Origin: Candidatus Latescibacterota bacterium
GTDB taxonomy: Bacteria; Latescibacterota; UBA2968
NCBI GenBank assembly: GCA_965198115.1
Contig: OZ240241.1
Coordinates: 6,464,001-6,528,000, forward strand
Length of the DNA: 64,000 nt
Direction: 5' to 3'
Positions within the stretch are counted from its first letter, which is position 1; every line of letters begins with the position of its first letter. Shown piece after piece: positions 19,973 through 29,904 of this stretch. The notes below the pieces were generated by a model. That model was not told where the DNA came from and ran no database searches. It saw nothing but the letters and a program-made list of their open reading frames with translations. The position numbers and the translations under genes are program-made.

Positions 19973-21392
19973 GGCTATATCCGGATCTCTCAACGAGATG
20001 AAGTGGGTGAAGGTGCCGTGGTTCCTGGCATGGGGGCGCGGTTAGCGTGTGCGGAACCTCTTCGGAATCTGCTCAGGGATGTTTATGTCTCCGACGGTAA
20101 GGAAGATCATATCGTTGAATGCGTCGAGTGTGCGGAATCCGCTGGCTCGGTTCTTGACGATTTGGACGATTCGGTTGAGGCCTTCGGCGATGGCGTTGGT
20201 AAGACGCGTGTTCACGAATGCGAGGACGCCGAAGAAGTGCTGTCGCAGGGTCCTGACGAACTTTCGCAGGGGTTCAAGTCGACTTCTGAGTGCGGACGTC
20301 GTCCAGCATTTCAGGAAGCGTTCGGCAGCCCAGGGCGCTTTGTATTCCCAGAACTGCTCGAACTCGTCCTTGAGTCTCCAGGCTCTATAGATTCGGTAGT
20401 TCGCCTTCTCCAGTGCTTTGAGTGTCCGAGTATCCCCTCTGGAGCGTGTCGCTGAGTGCCGGTAGAGGAGCCATCGGAGGCCCTTCATGGCTTTGCGCTC
20501 ATCCGGGGCAGCTTTACGCCACTGGTCCTTACGGACCTCGTCAACGGCGGCATTGAGAGCCTTGACGATGTGAAAGCGATCGAGGACCAGCTTGGCATTC
20601 GGACAGTGTTCCTGGATGGCTCCGATGTAAGCTTCGCTCATGTCGCAGCAGGCCCACTCGATCTTGGATCTCTGGTAGGGACTGAGAGCCTCTGTGAAGA
20701 ACCGATCGATCGTTTTACGCGCCCTGCCGCGGCCAACCCACACCACGCAGGAGCGGTCCAGATCGTAAACGAGCGTGGCGTACCTGTGACGCTTGGCGTA
20801 GGAGATCTCGTCGATCCCGATGGTTTTGAGCCCTCGGATACGATGACCTTCACGAAGCCGCGTGATGGATCGGTGAAGGAGATCCGACAGCGTCGAGGCA
20901 GAGATGCGCAGTAACTCGGACGCCGCCTTCTGCGTCATGGTCTGGCAGTAGCGCAGCATGGCATACTCGAAGCGATACGTCACCCGAGAGAACCGCTCCG
21001 CCCACGGAATCTCCTCGACCACACGACCGTGGGTAGGACACCGAATCTCCCGAGGATGGTAGAGAAGCCAGACCCTCCACCCGCACACCGGAATGTCACG
21101 CCACCGACGCGGATGGGGCATTGTGCGGACGATTTTACCTCGACGGCCGCACTCCGGACAACAACAACCATTCTTATGTGGCTTTACGGCGATGACGACG
21201 CAGCTTCTCCCCTCAAACCACCAGCTGACAACACGGAACCCCTTGAATCTCAGCAGTTTCGATAGTAATCTGCTCCCGGTCATAGGTCGCACCCCCTTCG
21301 CTTTGATTGTCCTACACACACAACCAAGCGTAGGGAACGATCTATGACCTTGTCATTCTATAGTTTCACCGTTGAGAAACCCGGATAGAGCC
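19973..21392 (-). mobile_element. ISL3-family insertion sequence, copy 1 (1420 bp)
   Basis: IRs GGCTATATCCGGATCTCTCAACG / GGCTCTATCCGGGTTTCTCAACG; 8-bp duplication AAAAATAA at 19965-19972 and 21393-21400. Confidence 0.95.
20042..21283 (-). CDS. ISL3-family transposase (intact)
   Basis: CPECG zinc finger, IGIDE, CCDMSEAY, LDRFHIVK, TNAIAEGLN, ASGFR; likely start ATG 21283. Confidence 0.95.
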   Translation of the reverse strand: MTGSRLLSKLLRFKGFRVVSWWFEGRSCVVIAVKPHKNGCCCPECGRRGKIVRTMPHPRRWRDIPVCGWRVWLLYHPREIRCPTHGRVVEEIPWAERFSRVTYRFEYAMLRYCQTMTQKAASELLRISASTLSDLLHRSITRLREGHRIRGLKTIGIDEISYAKRHRYATLVYDLDRSCVVWVGRGRARKTIDRFFTEALSPYQRSKIEWACCDMSEAYIGAIQEHCPNAKLVLDRFHIVKALNAAVDEVRKDQWRKAAPDERKAMKGLRWLLYRHSATRSRGDTRTLKALEKANYRIYRAWRLKDEFEQFWEYKAPWAAERFLKCWTTSALRSRLEPLRKFVRTLRQHFFGVLAFVNTRLTNAIAEGLNRIVQIVKNRASGFRTLDAFNDMIFLTVGDINIPEQIPKRFRTR

Positions 21393-21400
21393 AAAAATAA

Positions 21401-21451
21401 GCCCCCTTCGACAGGCTCAGGACAGGCGGCTCAGGAGCGTACCGGGGTGAC
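21401..21451. repeat. Composite repeat with nested 23-nt CCTTCGACAGGCTCAGGACAGGC unit
   Basis: GCCC[21405-21427]GGCTCAGGAGCGTACCGGGGTGAC; inverted partner of 19899-19935, separated from it by ISL3. Confidence 0.75.
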
Positions 21452-21480
21452 TTCGGTTTCCCAAGGGTACTGCAATTCTC

Positions 21481-22725
21481 TCACTTCTCCAGATAGTGTC
21501 CCGCCACCTTCCGCAAGGCAGCAACCGTATCCTCGATGTCCCGATCCGTGAAACTGGGACGCATGCCCAGTTGAATGCCTCGTCCCATCAACGCCTCCCC
21601 GTTCGGACACCGTGTCTGTTCATAGTCGATCGGGGTATCGCGGTCGTGGTCCAGGGGAAAAAGGCTGTCGCCATAGAGGTCTGGCTTGGCGAGAAAGGGG
21701 TTGCGGTAGAGCGGGCCTTCACGACCTGAACCGATGTAGGGGCCCATGAAGGGGACCCCCTCGGTGGATACGGCTTCGGCGAAGTCGTAAGCAGTGCAGC
21801 CAAGCCGTTCGGTGTCGATCGTTAAGCTCAGCACCCAGTAGGTGTGGCGGTCTCCCTCGCGGACCCGCTGAGGCGTAAACACGTCGAGGTCGTTGACGCC
21901 GTCGATGATGGCGTGTGCTGCTTGGACCTTGCGCTCGATATAGCCGTCCAGTCTCTCCAGCTGGGATAGTAGGACCGCAGCGGTCATTTCGTTGATCTTG
22001 TAGTTCGGCGCGAGAAAGTAATTGGCGTAAGGACGTCCTTCGAGGGGACCCTTGGGGCGCGGAAGAGCAGCATCGCGAAACAGAACAGCGCGTCCCCACA
22101 GCGCCTCGTTGCTGGTAAGGACCATACCACCACCACCCGCGGCGAGGTGCTTGCTACCGAAACTATAGCCGGCAATGTCACCGATCGAGCCCACACGCCG
22201 GCCCTGGTATTCGGTGTCGTGCGCCTGTGCACAGTCTTCGATCAGGACAAGCTCGTGACGGTGAGCGATGTCTTTCAGGTCGTCCATCGCACAGGCGTTC
22301 CCGAACAGATGGACGGCTATGATGGCGCGTGTGCGGGAGGTGATCTTGGATTCGACGTCGGCAGGGTCGAGGGTGTAGGTGTCGTCGACGTCGGCGAAAA
22401 CGGGAACGCAATTCTGCAGCAGGAGGCCGATGACGCTGCCGCCCGAGGTCCACGGTGTGACGATGATTTCATCACCTGGATCGGGATTGATGGCGGCGAC
22501 GCACGTGTGCATGGCCGATGTGCCGGAGTTGACGGCCACGCCGTGGCTCACTCCGTGTCGAGTAGCGAACGCTGTTTCGAACACCTCACGGCTGTCGCTG
22601 TTGAATCCGGATCGAAGTACCTCGGCGGCGGCCTCGATGTCTGCATCGCCGTAGTCGTGGGTGGGACCCTCGAAAGGATCCGTACGAACAGGTTGCCCAC
22701 CGTGTAGCGCCAACGTCTCAGCCAT
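21481..22725 (-). CDS. DegT/DnrJ/EryC1/StrS PLP-dependent aminotransferase
   Basis: 414 aa; NSGTSAM, PVFADVD, IEDCAQAH, SFGSKH (PLP lysine), GGGGM. Confidence 0.93.
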   Translation of the reverse strand: MAETLALHGGQPVRTDPFEGPTHDYGDADIEAAAEVLRSGFNSDSREVFETAFATRHGVSHGVAVNSGTSAMHTCVAAINPDPGDEIIVTPWTSGGSVIGLLLQNCVPVFADVDDTYTLDPADVESKITSRTRAIIAVHLFGNACAMDDLKDIAHRHELVLIEDCAQAHDTEYQGRRVGSIGDIAGYSFGSKHLAAGGGGMVLTSNEALWGRAVLFRDAALPRPKGPLEGRPYANYFLAPNYKINEMTAAVLLSQLERLDGYIERKVQAAHAIIDGVNDLDVFTPQRVREGDRHTYWVLSLTIDTERLGCTAYDFAEAVSTEGVPFMGPYIGSGREGPLYRNPFLAKPDLYGDSLFPLDHDRDTPIDYEQTRCPNGEALMGRGIQLGMRPSFTDRDIEDTVAALRKVAGHYLEK

Positions 22726-23019
22726 AGGGGTTCGCTCGGAGGATAAGTTGTTAGCTTGTCAGTCGTCAGGAAAGACTGGAGAATCTCACGATCGCGTAAT
22801 TCGGGAAACCTACACGATGTGGTGAGGTCGATCATTCGGGCTTCGGGGACTTTGAACACGAAGACACGAAGGGAAACTTGGAGGGTTAACCACCGTTCAT
22901 CCTGAGTAAACGTCTGGCAAGACCTAAAGGTTGTCCTTACACAAGGTATTGATCGTTGTATCGAAGGACGAGCGGTGTCTGGGCCCAATGTATTGACGTA
23001 GCCTGGCTGACAACTCTAG

Positions 23020-24060
23020 TTAAGCGCAATTGACGAAATGGTTCGCTCCTTCGTCATCCAAAGGCAGGTCGACCCAGGCACCATTTCGATGATGGGAAAC
23101 GTGGAAGGCCGAAATGGCCTCCGCGACATTAATCGCATCGCTCGGGTTGTAGGAGAAGGGCGCGGTGTCGTCAAGCCACTCGACGATTCCTGCGACGGCG
23201 CGGTCCATCGAACTGGGGCCGGGAGGCACGGGTGAAAATTGTTCTACGTTCCCGGCCCAGTCGTCGATGGCGACGGCGTTTCCGTCGGTGATCGCTCTGG
23301 CCTCTGTTCCGTTGATGGCGATGTAGAAGGGGCTGCGTGAATAATCGGATGCATCGACGGTGACCATCAGCCCGCCTTCCATTCGCATGATTCCCCACGC
23401 TCCGTAATCAGCGAACTCGTCGCCGCGACAGTCGGGCTTGCCCGCGAAGTCGAGCGTACCTGTCACTGCCTCGATCTGTCGCCCGACGTGCATGTGCATG
23501 GCGTCGATAACGTGCGTGCCGACGCCTGATAGGCGACCTGTGGGCCACGCAATGTTCACAGAGGTGAGATCGCCCAGATCTCCGTTTGCAATCCGGTCAC
23601 GAAGCTGATGGCCGTTCGGATTGAAGCGCCGGTTGTGGTTGATGACGAGCAGGGCGTCGCGCTCCCGACACGCTTTGAGCATAGCCCGCGCTTCTGCGGC
23701 TGTTGTGGCGATCGGTTTCTCACAGTAGACGACTCGCGCTTCTGCTTCGAACGCACCAATCGTCATTTCAGCGTGAACAGGGGCATAGGTCGCGACGCTC
23801 ACGATGTCGAGCGATTCCTTTTCCAGCATTTCCTGCCAATCGTCGTAAACGTTGGCATTCGTCCGCGCCTGAAATCGATCACGGCGGCCCTGGTCCCGAC
23901 TGCTTCCCGCGACGATGTCGATCTGATCGTGGCCGTTCAACGCAACCAGATGCGTTCCGTCCAGGTCTTCGACAAGCTGACCCAACGCATCACCAGAAAT
24001 CTGATCGGCCCCACCGATGAAGCCGAGACCCATGATGCCTGCTCGATATCTCTCTGCCAT
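23020..24060 (-). CDS. Gfo/Idh/MocA family oxidoreductase
   Basis: GIMGLGFIG, YCEKP, NHNRRF, GTHVID. Confidence 0.92.
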   Translation of the reverse strand: MAERYRAGIMGLGFIGGADQISGDALGQLVEDLDGTHLVALNGHDQIDIVAGSSRDQGRRDRFQARTNANVYDDWQEMLEKESLDIVSVATYAPVHAEMTIGAFEAEARVVYCEKPIATTAAEARAMLKACRERDALLVINHNRRFNPNGHQLRDRIANGDLGDLTSVNIAWPTGRLSGVGTHVIDAMHMHVGRQIEAVTGTLDFAGKPDCRGDEFADYGAWGIMRMEGGLMVTVDASDYSRSPFYIAINGTEARAITDGNAVAIDDWAGNVEQFSPVPPGPSSMDRAVAGIVEWLDDTAPFSYNPSDAINVAEAISAFHVSHHRNGAWVDLPLDDEGANHFVNCA

Positions 24061-24151
24061 AGCTCTCAATCCTTTGTGTGACAGTGCAGATTAGGAAATT
24101 ATGAAAATAGGGAATCGGGAAATTTCCTAATGCGCCAATTTCCTAATGGTC

Positions 24152-25204
24152 TCAGACCCACCCGTGTTCTTGGTTGATCCGCAGACCCGATGTCTGCGTG
24201 TTCCACGAGAGTCCGCTGTCGAGGACGACTTCACGTCCGGTGATGGCGGACTGCTCGCCCGCGTAGAGGATTTCCATGATGTGACGGCCCCAGTGACCGT
24301 CGGTAGGCGGCTCGAGATCTTCGCGGATAGCTTTGGCGAAGGAGCCCCACTCGTGGTGCATATCCTCTTCCTGATCGTCGAAGGGGACGTCGTGCCAGTC
24401 TTCGTCGCGACCGACTTTTACGTATTTCTCGTAGTGCTGACAGAACCGAAGGGTCCCGTTCGCGCAGATGACGTGACACTCGTGACAGGGCCCGCCGTTC
24501 GCGTAGCCGATGGCAATGGCGTGGCCGGCGAGACCGTTTTTGTAGCGGATGAAGGCGCTGGCCGAGTCGTCGCCGGCCTGATAGTGGGCGCGCGTTCCGA
24601 TGGATGCTGAGACCGATGCCGCCTGAGATCCCATGACCCAGGTCAGGCGGTCGACGACGTGGACGCCGTTGGTCAGCCACATTCCGCCGCCGTGATAACG
24701 GCTCCGATACTGGGGCCGTCGCCCTGGGTAGCTCCAGTTTTTGGTCATGTAGCTGATGGCGGTGATGACGGGTCCGAGTTCGCCCGAATCGAGAATCTCT
24801 TTGGCTTTGAGGCTCGTGCCATAGTAGTGCATGGACAGACCCAGCATGAGCTTGACACCGTTTCGATCGGCCGCTTCGATCATTTCGTCGCACTGCTGAA
24901 TGTTGATGGCCATCGGCTTTTCGACGAGGACGTGCTTACCGGCGTTGCAGGAGTCGATGACGAGTTGGTGATGCAGCTGGTGTCCTAGAACGACCCCCAC
25001 TGCCTCGATGCTGTCATCTTTGAGGAGATCGGTGTGGTAGGAATAGCTCTTCGGAATGTCGTACTCGCCCACATGGTGCTGCCGCCGATCTTCGAGTAGA
25101 TCGGCGACGGCGGCGACTTCGACGTTGTCGAGCGTCGAGATCGCGCCACAGTGCTTTCTGGCGATACCGCCGAGTCCGATGATGCCGACACGAAGGGTGC
25201 TCAT
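24152..25204 (-). CDS. Gfo/Idh/MocA family oxidoreductase
   Basis: GIIGLGGIA, GKHVLVEKP, GGGMWLTNGVHVVD. Confidence 0.93.
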   Translation of the reverse strand: MSTLRVGIIGLGGIARKHCGAISTLDNVEVAAVADLLEDRRQHHVGEYDIPKSYSYHTDLLKDDSIEAVGVVLGHQLHHQLVIDSCNAGKHVLVEKPMAINIQQCDEMIEAADRNGVKLMLGLSMHYYGTSLKAKEILDSGELGPVITAISYMTKNWSYPGRRPQYRSRYHGGGMWLTNGVHVVDRLTWVMGSQAASVSASIGTRAHYQAGDDSASAFIRYKNGLAGHAIAIGYANGGPCHECHVICANGTLRFCQHYEKYVKVGRDEDWHDVPFDDQEEDMHHEWGSFAKAIREDLEPPTDGHWGRHIMEILYAGEQSAITGREVVLDSGLSWNTQTSGLRINQEHGWV

Positions 25205-25423
25205 TGCGTCTCCTTAAACCTTTAGACCACCCCTCACATTCGTTCGGGGCAGGCTACACACACGGAAAAGACAACCACGAAATACACGAACGGGTGCGTA
25301 CATCGGCATCGAGGCCCTATTCGAGGATGAGAATCGAGACAAATCGATACGGTAGGGGTCGACCCGGTTGCCCACACTGCTTCAACTGATGAAGACAAAT
25401 CGCATTCGATAAGCACACCCGAG

Positions 25424-26470
25424 CTACATAGGACGGGGAGCTGGAGCTCCCATGGGATGTGGTCCGTTCGCGACGGGGTTCTGCCGCGCGTGGTCGTAGA
25501 CGGCGTCCTGGACCTCGAGGATCCGGACGGCCTGCGCAATCGAGGGTGTGAACGGTTTCCCTTCAGCGATCGCGTCAAGGCCCTTCTCCAAGATGGCGGT
25601 CATGCGCGAGCCGTGTGACAAGTCCTCGTGAACAGTGATGCCGTCGGAAGTATGGACCTCGACGTGAGGTTTGCTGTCGTGATCGTAGAGTTGAAAGATC
25701 TGGGCGCGTGTACCGATGAATCTGAAGAAGTGATCGCCGCTTCTGCCATTGGCACCACCGATCGACCAACTGTAGCCGGATTCGATGATGCCGGTGACCC
25801 CGGAAGCCGTTCGCAACATCCCGACACCCGAGTCCTCTACCTCGCGCCGGTGCTGAGCGTTGGAGATGACGGCACCCACCACCGTGACTTCATCGTCTCC
25901 AGCGAATTGAAGAAACGTGTCGATACCGTGAGCCGATTCCGTTGCCCAGCACCCGCCGCCCGATATGGACGGGTCGTTGTGCCAGTAGGACGGCGTCGGA
26001 TCATAACGCTCGGGCGGACCATTGTTGAGCCGGCTACTGTAAAGTACGAGATCGCCGAAGGTCCCGTCTGCAATCGCTTCTGATACGATCTGAACGACGT
26101 GGGATTCCCGATTCGGAAGGGTCAAGGCACTGATGATGCCCGCCTTTTCGGAGGCCTCGGCCACCGGCCGGATACGGTCAGCACAGTCCGCAAAAGGCTT
26201 GTCGAGCAGATAAGGGATGCGACGATCGACGCACGCCTGAATGTGATCGGGAATTTCGGTGTGCTTGCCCGTGACGATGGCGGCGTCAGGTTTCGTCTCG
26301 TCGAGACAGGTTGCGGCTGTTTCGAAGCCGGGACAATCGAGTTCTTCCACCAGTCGTTGCCGGGGCTCTTCTTCTGGATCGAACACACCGACGAGGTCGT
26401 GACCCATGTCGCGCACTTTGAGCGCGATGCTTCGACCGTGGTGACTGAATGAGAGCGCGGCGACTTTCAT
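25424..26470 (-). CDS. Gfo/Idh/MocA family oxidoreductase
   Basis: LLDKP, SGGGCWATESAHGID, VED. Confidence 0.88.
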   Translation of the reverse strand: MKVAALSFSHHGRSIALKVRDMGHDLVGVFDPEEEPRQRLVEELDCPGFETAATCLDETKPDAAIVTGKHTEIPDHIQACVDRRIPYLLDKPFADCADRIRPVAEASEKAGIISALTLPNRESHVVQIVSEAIADGTFGDLVLYSSRLNNGPPERYDPTPSYWHNDPSISGGGCWATESAHGIDTFLQFAGDDEVTVVGAVISNAQHRREVEDSGVGMLRTASGVTGIIESGYSWSIGGANGRSGDHFFRFIGTRAQIFQLYDHDSKPHVEVHTSDGITVHEDLSHGSRMTAILEKGLDAIAEGKPFTPSIAQAVRILEVQDAVYDHARQNPVANGPHPMGAPAPRPM

Positions 26471-26473
26471 ACG

Positions 26474-27337
26474 CTACGTCCCGAAGAGATCCTTGAAGAC
26501 TCCGATGCTTTCGTGGAATCCGTCTTCGAACGTGCCGTTTTCGGGCCGGTAAACACTCTCGTAGGAGATGCCTCCCTCGTAGCCGTCACGCTTCAGGGCG
26601 TCGGCGATGTCATTCATGTAAGCCGCTACGTCGCCCTGACCGAGTGGGCGGAAGTCGACGGTCGCGTGTGAGATGTTGGTAACGGCATCTTTGATGTGGA
26701 TGTGGCCGATGTGTTCGCGGATCTGCTCGTAGGCATCGGGATAAGGGATGTCAGTGCAGTACATCGTATTGGGGATGTCCCATAGGACTCTGAGCCTGGG
26801 CGAGCCGATCTCCTCGATCAGTTTCGCGGCCAGCCATCCAGATGTGATCATCGAATTATTCCCGGTCTCGCCGACGAGGGTGATGCCTTCCTCCTCGGCG
26901 ATCGAGACGGGCACCTCCATCAGCCGAAGCAGACGATCCCACGCCCCACCGCTGACGATCCAGTCCTGCGCACCGTTCGATCCGAAGATGATCATCTCCT
27001 TACGACCACTCATGATGCGAACCATCGACACGTCGAGCGCCTTGGCCATTCTGATGCACCGTTTCAACCCGTCGACATGCTCGGTGAAGGTCGGCCCGTC
27101 CAGGTCTGTCTCGAGGACAGGCAGTCCCGCGAAATTGTGGCGCGATATGCACGAAACGGTCACGTGGTGCTGGTCGAGGAAGCCGCGCATGCGCCCGATC
27201 TCCTCGACGTTGTGATCGCCAACTTCGCGGTCCCAGACGTACTGGAGCTCGGCCTGCGACAGTCCTGCGTCGGCCAGCACGTTCACCGCGTGTTCGAAAT
27301 CCTGGCTAATGCCGTCGGTGATAACTCCCAGTTTCAT
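26474..27337 (-). CDS. Sugar phosphate isomerase/epimerase (xylose isomerase-like TIM barrel)
   Basis: MKLGVITDGISQD...GE...WDIPN...HIHIKD...GQG...ISYE; ATG 27337 within ORF 26474-27718. Confidence 0.88.
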   Translation of the reverse strand: MKLGVITDGISQDFEHAVNVLADAGLSQAELQYVWDREVGDHNVEEIGRMRGFLDQHHVTVSCISRHNFAGLPVLETDLDGPTFTEHVDGLKRCIRMAKALDVSMVRIMSGRKEMIIFGSNGAQDWIVSGGAWDRLLRLMEVPVSIAEEEGITLVGETGNNSMITSGWLAAKLIEEIGSPRLRVLWDIPNTMYCTDIPYPDAYEQIREHIGHIHIKDAVTNISHATVDFRPLGQGDVAAYMNDIADALKRDGYEGGISYESVYRPENGTFEDGFHESIGVFKDLFGT

Positions 27338-28241
27338 GCACCGACCTCGGTACGTCGCCTTTGACCTCGATGTCGAGCATGTCCTCGAAGATCTTGATGA
27401 TGGCCCAGTTGGCTTCTTCCGGTCGAAGGCTGATGCCTGCTTGAAACAGCTCCGCGGCGGCGTTTCCGGAAACCAGAGGAACACCGAATTGGCGAGCGAG
27501 ATTCCGCGCAATGCCGAGGTCCTTGTGCATCGTTCCGATCCCGCTCTGGCCAACGAAGTTGCGTTCCATGATGTTCTTGGTCGTGTCCTTGAACAGAAAG
27601 CTGCCGACGACGCTCGTAGCGATGACCCGGTAGAGCGTTTCCGGTGCGACACCCGCTTTGACTCCGAGTGCGAGGGTTTCGAAGATGCCGGCAAAAGTAG
27701 TCCCGACGAGGACGGCAAGCGACGCCTTGACGGTTTGTCCGAGGCCGACGTCGTGGCCGACGTGGAAGATGTTCCCGCCGACCGCGTCGAGAATCGGCCG
27801 TGTTTTCTCGAAGACGTCCGGCTCGGCCGCCACCATCATCGTGAGCGTTCCGGCAGCTGCTCCCGGGGCTCCGCCGCTGACGGGGGAATCGACGACATCG
27901 ATGTTCCCATCCTGGAGAATCCTGGCGGCGGCTTCCAGCTCGGAGCGTTCGATCGTCGCAGAGCAGATGAAGGTCGATCCCGGATTTAACCCAGCGATGA
28001 GCCCGTCGTCACCCGAGACGACTTCCATAATTTGCGCGCCGTTCATGACCATCACGAACACGAAGTCGGAATGTTCGCCGACCTCTCTCGGGGTTTTCGC
28101 AGCGCGTGCCCCGTCTTTCACGAAGGGGTCGAGCTGTTCGGGTCTGACGTCGAAAAGGGTGAGATCGTGTCCTGCAGCCATAAGATTACGGGCCATCCCC
28201 GAACCCATGTCACCCACACCAATCAGTCCAACTCGCGCCAT
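27306..28241 (-). CDS. NAD(P)-dependent beta-hydroxyacid dehydrogenase (3-hydroxyisobutyrate dehydrogenase/GarR/LtnD family)
   Basis: GLIGVGDMGSGMA, DSPVSGG..GA..GTL, G.GQTVK, MHKDL. Confidence 0.92.
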   Translation of the reverse strand: MARVGLIGVGDMGSGMARNLMAAGHDLTLFDVRPEQLDPFVKDGARAAKTPREVGEHSDFVFVMVMNGAQIMEVVSGDDGLIAGLNPGSTFICSATIERSELEAAARILQDGNIDVVDSPVSGGAPGAAAGTLTMMVAAEPDVFEKTRPILDAVGGNIFHVGHDVGLGQTVKASLAVLVGTTFAGIFETLALGVKAGVAPETLYRVIATSVVGSFLFKDTTKNIMERNFVGQSGIGTMHKDLGIARNLARQFGVPLVSGNAAAELFQAGISLRPEEANWAIIKIFEDMLDIEVKGDVPRSVHETGSYHRRH

Positions 28242-28297
28242 TCTGCCTTGCCCTCTCCTTATAGATGAATATTCACGAATAATCGTGTGACACCTCT

Positions 28298-28337
28298 GAC
28301 ACCGTCACACTGAGCGCGGTTCGAAGTGTCGGTTCTC
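28298..28337. repeat. REP-like hairpin (GTCACACTGAGCG family)
   Basis: GACACCGTCACACTGAGCGCGGTTCGAAGTGTCGGTTCTC; near-identical to 39061-39100 and 6531-6562. Confidence 0.85.
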
Positions 28338-28360
28338 GAGGTCTGTGCTGATGCACGGTG

Positions 28361-28801
28361 CTATGGTGGATCCGCATGCTGGGGATGAGCGCCGTCCGGT
28401 AATGCGGGAACATCGATACCCGCCTTCGGCAACGTGCCGTCCATTTCCTGCTGAGGGTGCGCGACGGGGCCAGCCGCGCAGATGTACATCATTACCAACC
28501 GCTCTTTGCCGAGATTACTGAGCTGGTGGTAGGTCCCGGGTGGGATGAAGATGGCCTGCCCGGCCGTGACGGTCTGACGTTCCTCGCCCAGGCACATCTC
28601 ACCCGATCCCTCTATGACGACGTAGATCTCTTCCATCTCCTGGTTGTGCCACGGCACCTGTCCACCGTTCGGCTCGATGGTCACGTGGCCGACCGAGAAT
28701 GTTTCCGTTGGGATCGGCGTTCCCCCACCCGCCAGCGGTTGCGTTCGCCGCCTGGCTGGAAAGAAGCGTCCCTCGATTTCTCTGATATCCGATACGATCA
28801 T
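28361..28801 (-). CDS. Cupin domain protein
   Basis: 146 aa; PWHNQEMEEIYVVIEGSG...AIFIPPGTYHQLSN. Confidence 0.9.
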   Translation of the reverse strand: MIVSDIREIEGRFFPARRRTQPLAGGGTPIPTETFSVGHVTIEPNGGQVPWHNQEMEEIYVVIEGSGEMCLGEERQTVTAGQAIFIPPGTYHQLSNLGKERLVMMYICAAGPVAHPQQEMDGTLPKAGIDVPALPDGAHPQHADPP

Positions 28802-28810
28802 CCAAGACCT

Positions 28811-29191
28811 CTATAGTGCGCGTGCTTCCTCGGCGTTTTGACCGAAGCAGAGGCGGTAACCGTTAAGATCAAGGGCGATGAAGTCGCGCATCCCATATTC
28901 CTTGTCTTCCGGAGGATCCCAGATTACGACCTCGCGTGCTTTTAACTCCTCGTAGATCTCATCCACGCCTTCGACATTGACGTAAATGCCTCCGCGGTCT
29001 CCGGCATTCCCAGAAGCCGTGTCACTCTTGATGAAGTCGATCGCGAAACCGTCTCGAACAACGATCGAGTAGAACGGTGGGTCGCCCCAGATCAGTCTTA
29101 CATCGAATCCGAGCTGATCTCTGTAAAACTCGGCGGCAGCCATTACGTCAGGAACGGCCAGCATGGGATCTGTGGCTTTGATCCTGCCCAC
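28811..29191 (-). CDS. VOC/glyoxalase/bleomycin-resistance family protein
   Basis: PMLAVPDVMAAAEFYRDQLGF...YGMRDF...DLNGYRLCFG; probable GTG start at 29191. Confidence 0.88.
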   Translation of the reverse strand: MGRIKATDPMLAVPDVMAAAEFYRDQLGFDVRLIWGDPPFYSIVVRDGFAIDFIKSDTASGNAGDRGGIYVNVEGVDEIYEELKAREVVIWDPPEDKEYGMRDFIALDLNGYRLCFGQNAEEARAL

Positions 29192-29199
29192 AGCGATGT

Positions 29200-29793
29200 T
29201 CAGTCGGCGGCAGCCGACTCTCCCTCCGATTCCATTCGTTGCTGTTCCTCGATGACCAACGCCATCCACTGCTTCATGTAGAGGCCGTGGTCTTTCCAAG
29301 CGGTGGCGCTGATGAGATTGCCGTCGATGACGAAGCGCTCGTCGACGAAGATGCCGCCGCAGACTTCGAGGTCGAAGCGGCACTTCCGCACGCACGTCAT
29401 TCGGCGGCCTTCGACACATCCGGCCCTGGCGGGAATCTCGACGCCGTGGCAGACGCTGGCGACGGGCTTGTTGTGCTCGAAGAAGTATTGCGTGATGCGG
29501 ATGAGGTCCGGATCGTCGCGGATGTATTCGGGTGCGCGGCCGCCCGAGAAGAAGATGCCGGCGTATTCAGACGGTTCTATGTCACGAAAGGCGATGTCGG
29601 CCTTGAGGGTGTAGCCTTCGTACTCGCGAGTGATGTCCCAGCCCTCTTTGATTTCGTGGAGGACCATGTTGTAAACCCGGGCTTCCGGGCCTGCGACGAC
29701 GGGTTCGAAGCCATCCTCCTCTACGCGAAGAACCGGGTAGAGCGTGTCGACGGTTTCGGATGCTTCACCGATGATGATGAGTACTTTTCCCAT
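29200..29793 (-). CDS. DJ-1/PfpI family protein
   Basis: GGRAPEYIR, ASVCHG (nucleophile Cys), DGNLISA; ATG 29793 after GGAGGT. Confidence 0.92.
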   Translation of the reverse strand: MGKVLIIIGEASETVDTLYPVLRVEEDGFEPVVAGPEARVYNMVLHEIKEGWDITREYEGYTLKADIAFRDIEPSEYAGIFFSGGRAPEYIRDDPDLIRITQYFFEHNKPVASVCHGVEIPARAGCVEGRRMTCVRKCRFDLEVCGGIFVDERFVIDGNLISATAWKDHGLYMKQWMALVIEEQQRMESEGESAAAD

Positions 29794-29904
29794 TGAGTAC
29801 CTCCCTGGCGATCGTGTTTTCAGCGGCCCAATAGGTACCGACGAGCTCACGGAATGTCAACGCAGATAGGCCGCGGACGAGCAATGTGGAGGCTAAGATT
29901 ACGG

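Noticed and set aside
26474-27718. 414-aa version of the isomerase ORF
   Set aside because: The N-terminal 127 codons overlap the dehydrogenase gene out of frame; the real start is ATG 27337.
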